A DNA stretch of 64,000 bases from Nitrosopumilus sp. GTDB taxonomy: Archaea; Thermoproteota; Nitrososphaeria; Nitrososphaerales; Nitrosopumilaceae. The DNA is taken from contig CBDBGZ010000009.1 in assembly GCA_965205425.1 (NCBI GenBank), positions 416,001 to 480,000 on the forward strand. Direction: 5' to 3'. The first letter of the stretch is position 1. Each line of letters starts with the position of its first letter. The notes under the pieces are model-generated. The model worked only from the letters and a program-made list of their open reading frames with translations. It did not search any database and had not been told where the DNA came from. The position numbers and the translations under genes are program-made. Of this stretch, positions 10,055-19,020 are shown piece after piece.

Positions 10055-11198
10055 TGAGACTTGGGCATAATTATTTACAAAAATAACTCTCAGTCATTTC
10101 CTAACAGCAAAGCATTCTCTTTACAGTTCTTGGATTTTCTGCTCCAATTATACAGTTGTAATATACTACAAGTTGATACACCAACACACAAACCAATACA
10201 AATGATTTCACGTTGTCAAATCCTTTCACATGTACAGTTCTAATGTTGAACGTATCTTTGAATATTTCAAATAAAGGTTCAATTGAGATTTTTCTTTGTG
10301 AGTACAACTCTTGACCTTGTACAGAATTATAAAAATCTGCAAGTTTGATTCGCTCTGGCGGTGTTGATGGATATATTTTGATAGGACAAATCAATCTCAA
10401 ATGTCTCTCATCACTAAACTGATATAATTTGGAATCATCATATGCTGGATCACATAAAATATTTTCAACCAGTCCTGCAAGTGGTTTGACTAACGTTTCA
10501 TACATTTTACCATCAGAAACATTTGCAGTTGAAACATCAGCAGACAATGGAACTATCAGTTTTCCAGTACTGCAACTCATGTGCAGTTTGTATCCAAATA
10601 TCCAACCCTTTGATTTTGAAAAACCCCATTTTGCATCAGTATCAATTCCTGGGATTGGTAGACGATTGTTCTTTATGTCTGATTTGTGCCATACTGGACC
10701 ATCTGCTTTTAGCATTGAACTATCCCCTGATGCTGAAACATTTTCCACCAATCCCTCTGAGATGAATTTGTTGCCCATGGTACTAATCATGTCACTAATG
10801 GGTAGAAATTGAAATCGTCTGTCAATAGTTCTTCTGTCTGGAATTTGAGTTAATTTGCAAACCTTGAGCAGTTTGTCATTGGAAGGTTTGATTGAAAGGA
10901 AATAATGAAATGTGTTGTTGCTTGGTATTCTCATCCACAACTTTATGATGAACAATTGCACCATCTGGATGGTTGGATACACGTATGGTCTACCCGATCT
11001 GAATACTTCCTCATACAAAGACAACATTCCCACCAAATGTAACACGCCAATAAGAAATGATTCCGATAGAATCTTGCCTAGGGATTTTCATTTGTTTTGA
11101 CATTCCAATGAACGAAACATGATAAGATCCTTAGCTTTTTCTATTTGAATAATTTGAGAATTGACTCAAAAATTAGAATTAGTTATGCCCATGTCTCA
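10055..11198 (-). mobile_element. IS4/IS5-superfamily insertion sequence (DDE transposase 10101-11045)
   Basis: 16-bp TIRs TGAGACTTGGGCATAA / TTATGCCCATGTCTCA (1 mismatch); DSS, GYKLH, DPAYDD and RKISIEPLF motifs; probable frameshift near the 5' end; no target duplication seen. Confidence 0.85.
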
Positions 11199-11288
11199 AT
11201 TAAATAGTAATTTCTCATAATTATTGTACAAACTTTGGTGTTTGTCTGTTTGTCTTGTGGTATGCCTTTGTATATCATAATAAAACAG

Positions 11289-11325
11289 GTTCTAGGTTCT
11301 GAGGTTTCCGCAACCAACCTAGAAC
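11289..11325 (+). other. Hairpin (10-bp stem, 17-nt loop) whose loop is complementary to the neighbouring tRNA
   Basis: GTTCTAGGTT-ctgaggtttccgcaacc-AACCTAGAAC. Confidence 0.7.
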
Positions 11326-11357
11326 ATTTTTATTAATTTTATAGTTTTACAAGTTCT

Positions 11358-11421
11358 GCAGAGATAGCCTAGCTTGGTTATGGCGTTTACCTCAGGAGTA
11401 AATGGTTGCGGAACTACGGAG
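11358..11421 (+). pseudogene. 5' portion of tRNA-Leu(CAG); T-arm and acceptor 3' strand deleted
   Basis: GCAGAGA TA GCC-TAGCTTGGTTAT-GGC G TTTAC-CTCAGGA-GTAAA, variable arm GGTT-GCGG-AACT, then joins IS630 sequence at GGAG. Confidence 0.75.
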
Positions 11422-11717
11422 ATTGTTCTTGGCCTACCAACTTCTTGGGTGGTCGTAGAGGCCATCTATCTCAAAACGACTCACCCATTTTCTCACCCAG
11501 CTTGTGCAGTGGTGTAATGTCTTTGCAGTGCACTGTATGTCCTTTCCATCCTTTAGAATCCTCAACACTGCAAGCATCCTTACTGCAACCTTGGAGTTTT
11601 CTTTTTTGTATGCTGCTTCAAGTGATTCTAACTTGTTCATCAAATTTTACCATACATAGTGATCAAAAAGTTTTTTGTTTTGGAATAATTTAGTTCATGA
11701 ACTTTATCTTTTCGCTA
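11418..11717 (-). mobile_element. IS630-family element A, 5' fragment
   Basis: Near-identical to 24007-24306; ends in TIR ...TTTTCGCTA followed by TA. Confidence 0.9.
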
Positions 11718-11719
11718 TA

Positions 11720-12719
11720 CCAGTATAATTGCAAGAACTGCTCTGATAGTTTCAAGACAGATGGAAATCTTCCACCATGTGGATGCTTTGATTCCTCTGC
11801 AATACGTGAGGTAGTCTCATTATTCTCAAAGAGAATGCCATACGATACCATTAGAGTAACTCTTCAAGAAAGATATGGATTGAAAATTAGTTGCACTACA
11901 GTACAATCTATTCTTCGCACTGGCAGTATTATGTTAGAACCATTGTACCATGACATTAGTAGTGAAATTGTGACTGAAAAGATTCTTGGAATGGATGAGA
12001 CAACATTTCCAATTGACGGAAAGACTGGATGGATGTGGGTTGCAAGAAGCAAAACAGAAGCTCATTACACTTTAGAGTACAGTAGAGGTGCTAAAATCCT
12101 AAAGAGATGTTGGAAGAAATTCTCAGGGATTTTAATATCTGATGGATATGCTCCATACAGAACGGTATTTTGTGATAATGTAAAACAGAGATGCACTGCA
12201 CATCTGCAGCGTGATGCAAAACATCTTGCAAGAAAATCAAATGATAAACAGGCTAAAACCATTTATGGAAAACTCTCAAAACTATTGCATCGTGCAAGAC
12301 GGTATAGCATACAAGAACATTCAGAGAAACAACGTAAAAGATATGCGTTGAATTTACTAAAACAAACAGATTCTATAATATGTCAATACATGTCAGGTGA
12401 TAAAGAAATGATTCAGTTTGGTACGAAACTAAAGACTGCAAGAAATAGTCTGGTTACATTTGTGAAATATCCCTGTATTCCATCAACTAACAATGATGCT
12501 GAGAATTCTATTCGAAAGTGCATCATGCAGAGAAATGTTCGCGGACAGATGAAAAGCAATCAGGGAATGAAGATGCTTTCTATATTTTTAACATGCTTTG
12601 AAACATGGAGGATAAGGGAATTGAATATGTTTTCTGAGATGGCAAAATACATCTAAAGTGCTTGATACATACAAATGAATATCCTATAAAATCTGTTATT
12701 TTGGTAATTCTGATATTAC
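11720..12719 (+). mobile_element. IS66-family element, 5'-truncated (transposase ends at 12656)
   Basis: MDETT, WMWV, SDGY, QRCTAHLQR and TNNDAENSIR motifs; likely right end ...ATATTAC at 12719; left part replaced by IS630 fragment. Confidence 0.85.
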
Positions 12720-12796
12720 CTTAGTACAACTTTTGATCAGTTTGTATACAAAATAATCACTAAGGTATTATAGTATGTAATTTTCTATTTCTCTAC

Positions 12797-13645
12797 ATGC
12801 CAGAAGAAATTCCAGAGAGAATGTGGCTGCCATTATTAATTTTAGAAACTACTGGTGACTTACATTCGAAAACAAAATTCCAAAAAATTGCATTTCTGAC
12901 ACAATACGAATCAAAATTTGACGTATATGATTTCATTAAACATCATTATGGCCCATATTCTGATGGTCTTGATTTAGACACAGTATGTTATCCTTCATTG
13001 ATTACTCAAACTACTTCTCAATTGTATTATGCACCAAGTAGACATTACTATTCTTATTACATTACAGAACAAGGAAAAAATATTTTATCAGAATTAAAAC
13101 AAAAAATACAACCAGAAATCCTTCAAACAATGGTTGACAAAATTAAAGAAATTAATGAAAAACCATTATGCGAATTACTTGAAGAAGTTTATGAAAAATT
13201 TGCTCTAAAGAAAGATGATTCTATACAACTTGAATTACAAGTTAAAGAAGAATTAATGAAAGTAATGCATCCAATTAATCATAGCTATACAAAATTTGGA
13301 AATAGACAAACTACTTTTGTTTTAGGTATTTTAGAAGCCATTTACAAAATTCTGTCAAAATCCCAAACAGAAGATACCGTGCAAAAAGGAGTTATTTTTA
13401 ATTTATCAAAAGAAATTATTCAACGATGCAAAGATTTAGCAAAAGATGTTATTCCTCCTACCAATTCTGATTTCTTACGTCCACAATTTTTAGAAATACA
13501 TGATCTTTATAGCTATCTTATTCAATACTGTGAAAATAGAAATATCGTTCAAGATCCTATGTCACAACCATTAGATGAAATACTAAACGAGGATGAAGCA
13601 TTACGTCTGTCTCAAGCACTGGAAGCAATAGAACTTCTATCTTAA
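12797..13645 (+). CDS. Panacea/SocA (DUF4065)/YwgA-like putative antitoxin with helical C-terminal extension
   Basis: KTKFQKIAFL...YDFIKHHYGPYSDGL matches the family's QKLxY/F...GP pattern; directly upstream of a PIN gene. Confidence 0.65.
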   Translation: MPEEIPERMWLPLLILETTGDLHSKTKFQKIAFLTQYESKFDVYDFIKHHYGPYSDGLDLDTVCYPSLITQTTSQLYYAPSRHYYSYYITEQGKNILSELKQKIQPEILQTMVDKIKEINEKPLCELLEEVYEKFALKKDDSIQLELQVKEELMKVMHPINHSYTKFGNRQTTFVLGILEAIYKILSKSQTEDTVQKGVIFNLSKEIIQRCKDLAKDVIPPTNSDFLRPQFLEIHDLYSYLIQYCENRNIVQDPMSQPLDEILNEDEALRLSQALEAIELLS

Positions 13646-14226
13646 CTGTCCTTGATACAAACGCTTGTCTTTTCTATTCGATTAATCATAGCGTAACAAA
13701 ATCAGGAAGAAAAATTCCTATAAAATTAAAGAATTCTGAACCTGTAAATCACTATCTTACACCAAAAATTTCAGAGAATTCAATTTATGTCATAGAAACT
13801 GTTAATCGAGAAACTACAGGAAAAATTTGGGATGAACTATCAAAAATTGGTTCTAGTCTTTCATTTCAAGCATCAACAATCCACAAATTGGTTCAGTTAT
13901 CTTCTTCAAATTTTAACAAATTAACTCAAAATCAAATCCATCCTGATGATCTATCTCTTCTTTCTGATGTCAAAAACATGTATGCAACAATTTGGAGTGA
14001 CACTGGAAAAAATGAAAAAAAGAAAAAATGGGCACAAATAAAAAAAACTACCATAGATAAAGGTCCTCCAAGTGGACCTGATCTAGATATTTTAGCAACA
14101 ACTGCAAAATTGGCGCAAGATGAAATTGTAGAATTACTAACGTTTGACAATGATTTTATTTTATTTGCAGATGAAATATTGAGCGAATTTGGAATTTCCA
14201 TCAAAAATGGATGGTTACTAGAATGA
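13600..14226 (+). CDS. PIN-domain (VapC-like) nuclease; start codon uncertain
   Basis: Frame of the 13888 ORF is open back to TGA 13594-96 and contains VLDTN (13648), ETVNRE, DLDILA and LTFDNDF; no ATG/GTG/TTG before VLDTN. Confidence 0.7.
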   Translation: MTSVSSTGSNRTSILTVLDTNACLFYSINHSVTKSGRKIPIKLKNSEPVNHYLTPKISENSIYVIETVNRETTGKIWDELSKIGSSLSFQASTIHKLVQLSSSNFNKLTQNQIHPDDLSLLSDVKNMYATIWSDTGKNEKKKKWAQIKKTTIDKGPPSGPDLDILATTAKLAQDEIVELLTFDNDFILFADEILSEFGISIKNGWLLE

Positions 14227-14293
14227 TCGATCAAATTTCCCTCCTAAAATAACTCTAAACTATCTGAATTCTCACTAAAGTTAAATTGAATAT

Positions 14294-14566
14294 TTATGAA
14301 TAATTTTCTACAAGATCTGAAAAATATTCTATAATATCATTCACTAATAACTCATATTCAGGATTAGAAGGACTGGATTGAACCATCATCTTGCCATTTT
14401 TGTAATATGTGATCATAATTTTACCATTTGGAGTATCAACTTCTAAAGCTTCTTGGGTGCCAGGTTGAATAGATCTGTTATTCAGTCTATGCCTTTCTTT
14501 TAGAAATCCTTTGAGATTATGAAATTCACTTTCTCTAACATTTGGACAAACATGATATGACTTCAA
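14294..14566 (-). CDS. Hypothetical protein, possible TBP-like (RNase HIII/RnlA N-terminal type) domain
   Basis: ITYYKNGKMMVQ resembles the TxYxxGKxxxQ signature. Confidence 0.45.
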   Translation of the reverse strand: MKSYHVCPNVRESEFHNLKGFLKERHRLNNRSIQPGTQEALEVDTPNGKIMITYYKNGKMMVQSSPSNPEYELLVNDIIEYFSDLVENYS

Positions 14567-14634
14567 AATAGTGATGATATATTGTCTTGATTAGTTATTA
14601 ACATTTAACGAAACTTTGTAGATCGATATAGTTG

Positions 14635-14658
14635 TGGGACAAATTTAATCCCCAAAAA
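14635..14658 (+). repeat. Boundary motif copy 1 (TGSRWC-N9-CCCCAARAA)
   Basis: TGGGAC aaatttaat CCCCAAAAA. Confidence 0.55.
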
Positions 14659-14709
14659 TGGTTCAAGCCTTTACGGATTCAGTCATAATCTTTTAAATTT
14701 AACAGAATA

Positions 14710-15789
14710 TTGTTTTATTTTGTGAAGTTTGTTATTTTTGCATTAATTCCATTAATCCTCTCAATAGGAATTGTTCCTGCTTTATCATCTGATTTTGTTC
14801 CAGAAGCTAATGCTGCAAAGTCCAAAGGGAATTCTCTGACTGAAATTGGTTCAAAAAAAGTTTGTGGGGATAGATTATGCTCAGAAATTTCTGGAACAAA
14901 AAATGTCTCTCCTTCAATGATCATAAAATCTGAAAAGAAATTGTTTGCATCTGCAATGGATTACACAATTGCAGGACCTGAAATAGATCCTGAAAAAGGA
15001 TATGCAGTAATTGAAATTGGTGATGGTCTTTACTGGCTAACTGATGGAATGTATCAATTAATGTTCTTAACAACAGGAGAAGGAGTAATCTTAGTTGATG
15101 CTCCTATGGGAATGGGAACAAAAATTCAGCAAGCCATATCTGATGTTACTTCTGAAAAAGTAACTCATTTCATTTACTCTCATATTCATAAAGATCATGT
15201 TGGCTCTGCAAGTTTACTTCCTGCTGATACAGTCTACATTTCCCATATTGATACTGCTGAACATTTGATGATGAAAAATGATCCTCAACGTCCAGTTCCA
15301 ACTGTAACTTTTCATGATGATTTTACTTTGGTGGTAGGTGATCAAATTTTGGAATTATCTTACTTGGGACCATTTCATTCAAAAGGTGATATTGTGATTT
15401 ATTCTCCTGCTCACAAAACTATCATGGCAGTTGATTTGTTTCATCCAAATGCAGCACCATTCCAATTCATGGGAATTACAAGAGATGTAGGTGAGCATAT
15501 TGCAGTTCATGACAAACTTTTAGAAATTGATTGGGATGTAATTGTATCTGGCCATGAACCAATTTTAGGAACTCCTGAACATCTAAAATTTAACAAAGAA
15601 TTCACCTTGGCAGTTTTAGATAATGCAATAATTGCAATGCAAACAACGCAGTCAAGTGCAGATTACTTTGGAGATTTGGCAAACAAATGTGCTGAATTAA
15701 CTGTTGAACAATATTCAGATCTAAAAGACATTGAAGTTTATCCTGTAGAAAACTGCATTACAATGGTTTTCTTTGCCATGATTGACTAA
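14710..15789 (+). CDS. Secreted MBL-fold metallo-hydrolase
   Basis: Signal-like N-terminus, VCGDRLCSE motif, HIHKDH, H...D and VSGHE; start may be GTG 14722. Confidence 0.85.
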   Translation: MFYFVKFVIFALIPLILSIGIVPALSSDFVPEANAAKSKGNSLTEIGSKKVCGDRLCSEISGTKNVSPSMIIKSEKKLFASAMDYTIAGPEIDPEKGYAVIEIGDGLYWLTDGMYQLMFLTTGEGVILVDAPMGMGTKIQQAISDVTSEKVTHFIYSHIHKDHVGSASLLPADTVYISHIDTAEHLMMKNDPQRPVPTVTFHDDFTLVVGDQILELSYLGPFHSKGDIVIYSPAHKTIMAVDLFHPNAAPFQFMGITRDVGEHIAVHDKLLEIDWDVIVSGHEPILGTPEHLKFNKEFTLAVLDNAIIAMQTTQSSADYFGDLANKCAELTVEQYSDLKDIEVYPVENCITMVFFAMID

Positions 15790-15791
15790 GC

Positions 15792-15815
15792 TGCGTCCAT
15801 TTTTGACCCCAAAAA
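15792..15815 (+). repeat. Boundary motif copy 2
   Basis: TGCGTC catttttga CCCCAAAAA, starting 3 nt after the stop codon. Confidence 0.6.
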
Positions 15816-15893
15816 CGATTTGAATCTATAATTATGAAATAATAGGCACGATTTGCTTTTTCATTATTAATATTTTCTATACAATTATCCGTA

Positions 15894-16935
15894 TATCTTT
15901 TCCGGAAATTATTTCACCCCTTAACTAGGAGAGCATCATTCCCATACTATCGTATGCGTGGGTATCGTGGCATACCTATGGTAAAGTTAGATGAGAATAA
16001 GATCAGGTGGATTATACAATCTAAAAATGAAAAAGTCAAGAATTTAGATATTTCAGTAATCCTCAAGATAACGCCTAGAAGAGTACAACAAGTCTACTCT
16101 CAGTACAAAAAAACCAAAAAGATTCCCACACTCAAAAGACCAGGGCGTCCAAAAAAGCCAGTCACTGTACACGAGATAGAGCTAGTCAAACAAGTTCAAG
16201 AAAAATTTCATACAAACGCACTATACCTTGAGAAAATCATATCAAAATTGTACAATACCAAGATAAACCACAATCGCATCCACAAGATTATGCTAGATGA
16301 AGGATTATCAGTTGAGCAACCACGGAAAAAGATGAGAAGAAAGTGGATCAGGTATGAACGTGAATATTCAAATTCACTGTGGCATACTGACTGGCACACA
16401 ATACATGATTCACGCTGGGCAGGAAAACAACTAATTGCATTTGAAGATGATGCCTCACGATTTATCACGGGTTTCGGAGTGTATGATGAGGCAACATCTG
16501 TGAATTCTTCTGAAGTACTATCTGATGCAATAAAGAATCACGGTAGACCAGCATCTGTACTATCTGATAATGGAAAACAGTTCACATCAAATGTCAATAC
16601 TCTTGATCATAACAAGCCAGTAGACTTTGAGCAGCAACTAATGAGACATCACGTAAAGCACTCTCGTACAAGAGTGAGACATCCACAAACAAATGGTAAG
16701 CTAGAAAAGTTCTGGGATATCTTTGAGTGTAAAATAGAATACTTTGAGTCAGTGGAGCAGTTTATGCATTGGTACAATCACATTAGAGTTCATGGCGCAC
16801 TAGACTTGGATAACATGGAGACACCATCTGATGCGTATCACTCCAAGATGATAACAAACGAAATACTCATAGACCCAAGCATTCTATGGAGGAATTACTC
16901 ATGAAAGTGACACGAAATAATTTCTGGAAAGAACA
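15894..16935 (+). mobile_element. IS481-family element copy 1 (transposase 15954-16904)
   Basis: WHTD, DDASR, SDNGKQF and PQTNGKLEKF motifs; imperfect TIRs; 15-bp TSD ATACAATTATCCGTA at 15879-15893 and 16936-16950. Confidence 0.93.
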
Positions 16936-16965
16936 ATACAATTATCCGTAGTTCTTTATATTATA

Positions 16966-17484
16966 ATGACTAGAAATCACATAATGAAAAAGATACAATT
17001 TCTAAGTGTAGTTTTTTCTCTGATATTGTTTTCTGGAATTACAGCAGGTGCTACTGCGTTTGCTGAACCAGGTAAATACAATCATACTGAAAAACTCAAT
17101 GCTTATTGTGACATGTCAGCTGAAGAACAAGCAGAATTAATTGCTAAACACAACAAATCTGAAGACAAAGTTACCAAAATGAATGAGTACTGCTCTTTGG
17201 ATGATGAAGGACGTGCAGCATTTATTGACGAACACAAAAAAGCATACAAAAATCATGACAAGAAAATGCATAAAGAAATGAAAAAACATGCAAAGAACTT
17301 ATCTTCTGAAGATAGATCTGGATTAAAATCTGATCTTAAAGCACTAAAATCCGAATTTAGAGAACTTAAAGCACAGTTATCTGAAGATGGAACTCTAAGT
17401 GCAGAAGAAAAACGTGATCTAAGAATGCAATTTATTGAAAAAGCAAGAGCAATTCAGTTGTCTTGGATAACTCCACAAAATTAG
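16966..17484 (+). CDS. Secreted helical protein with an internal repeat
   Basis: Signal peptide; repeat YCDMSAEEQAELIAKH / YCSLDDEGRAAFIDEH. Confidence 0.75.
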   Translation: MTRNHIMKKIQFLSVVFSLILFSGITAGATAFAEPGKYNHTEKLNAYCDMSAEEQAELIAKHNKSEDKVTKMNEYCSLDDEGRAAFIDEHKKAYKNHDKKMHKEMKKHAKNLSSEDRSGLKSDLKALKSEFRELKAQLSEDGTLSAEEKRDLRMQFIEKARAIQLSWITPQN

Positions 17485-17524
17485 ATTTTTTCTAATTTTT
17501 CTTTTTGTTTATTTTACATCTATC

Positions 17525-17548
17525 TGCATCTCAAATAATCCCCAAGAA
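17525..17548 (+). repeat. Boundary motif copy 3 (ISH3 insertion site)
   Basis: TGCATC tcaaataat CCCCAAGAA. Confidence 0.6.
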
Positions 17549-18868
17549 CAGTAGATGGGAAAGTAACTCAATTTAGATCAAAAACTATCAATTATTCAAT
17601 CAATCTATTCAGATAGAAAAAGCTTGATGGAAGTATGTCACTCCATCAAATATGCATTGTACTTCATTTGATACCATGACACACCAAGGCGTGATACTAT
17701 CTAAAGCATTTGAGATTATCACTAAAATAATGTACAATATCTTGTTGTTTCCATGCTCTAGTAAAAATAACTCACGGTTCCATAATGCTGATGCACACAA
17801 TTCTGTCATGTCATTGTGTTTGGGAAATTCGTATGCAGAATCAGGATTAAAGAGACTGGCAATGGAATCCCAGAATCATTCTCCAACGGGTTTCATGGTT
17901 GAGAAAAATTATATCAAAAATATCACAAAAAACAATGCAAATTCAATTACATCGTTCACTGGATAGTACCATATCAAAATTACAAGAATTGGGAGTATTG
18001 GAGCAACCAGTTACTGTGGCAATTGACAAACATCTAATCCCAAGATATGACAAATTGCCAAACCATTCTTTAATAAAATCAAAATCTAAAAACAGTACTA
18101 CTCATTTTGAGAGTTACTGCACCATGCAGTGCGTTGAAAAAAGAATCAGGGCTCAACTAGGTTGTTATCCTTTGTATGACAACATATCAAATGCCGATTT
18201 TGTGCGTAAATTACTCTCTGATGGCATCAATAATGGAATCAAGATTAAACTATTGCTAGTGGATAGGGAGTTTTTCACAGCTGGAACAATTTCAGAAATA
18301 AAACAAAAGAATTTAAAATTTCTAATGCCTGCAAAAAAGAATTCTCGAATCAAAGATGCCATTTTACAATACGTTAATGGAGATAGAAAATCAATCTCGC
18401 CATACACGATAAAATCATCATCAGGACATGTAGAATCATTTACTCTAGTTATTCTGCCAAACAAAAATGCAAGAAAAAAATCAGATATTATTGATCAGTA
18501 TGTTGTGTTTGCAACAAACGTTTCACCAAAAGAAATATCATATAACATACAAAACATTCCAACTGATTACAAGAAACGTTGGGGGATTGAAACAGGCTAT
18601 GCATGTGTGGGAAGGTTCAGACCAAAAACCACCAGTTCAAACCAATCCATAAGATTGTTGTATTTTTACTATTCATTGATTTTGTACAATGCATGGATAA
18701 TTGCTAATTTGATTATCTCAGAAGAAACCAATGTAAAAAATTACAAACCAATAATATCAATTGAAATTCTCAAATATTTCTTTGTAAAGATAATTATTCA
18801 TTACTTTAGAAATAACAAAAATAATTATTTCCTAGAATGTGTAATTTGATGTACTTTCCCATCTACTG
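17549..18868 (+). mobile_element. ISH3-family element copy 1; transposase frameshifted near 17890
   Basis: 17-bp TIR CAGTAGATGGGAAAGTA; 7-bp TSD CCAAGAA; AIDKH, VDREF and YKKRWGIETGY motifs; one extra base relative to copy 2. Confidence 0.92.
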
Positions 18869-18876
18869 CCAAGAAA

Positions 18877-18902
18877 GGTTCAAGCCTTAACAGAATTGAA
18901 CC
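18877..18902 (+). promoter_or_regulatory. Inverted-repeat operator-like site GGTTCAA-N12-TTGAACC
   Basis: Repeated at 21250-21275 and partly at 14660; followed by TAGAACRCTTTATGAA. Confidence 0.55.
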
Positions 18903-19020
18903 AAATCTTAGAACACTTTATGAACTTCCTATGAAAAATTAGAATTGTGAAGTTATTTTGATTTTTAACCTTTACGTATCATTGTCAAGGATGAGATATA
19001 TCAAATTCTTCAAAATTTAA

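Noticed and set aside
11406..11693. Recurring Cys-rich ORFs (also 24012-24248 and 37117-37446)
   Set aside because: Antisense frames of the IS630 copies; they recur only because the IS is repeated
11697..11719. Apparent ATG start of the IS66 transposase
   Set aside because: It comes from the IS630 terminus; a chimeric frame
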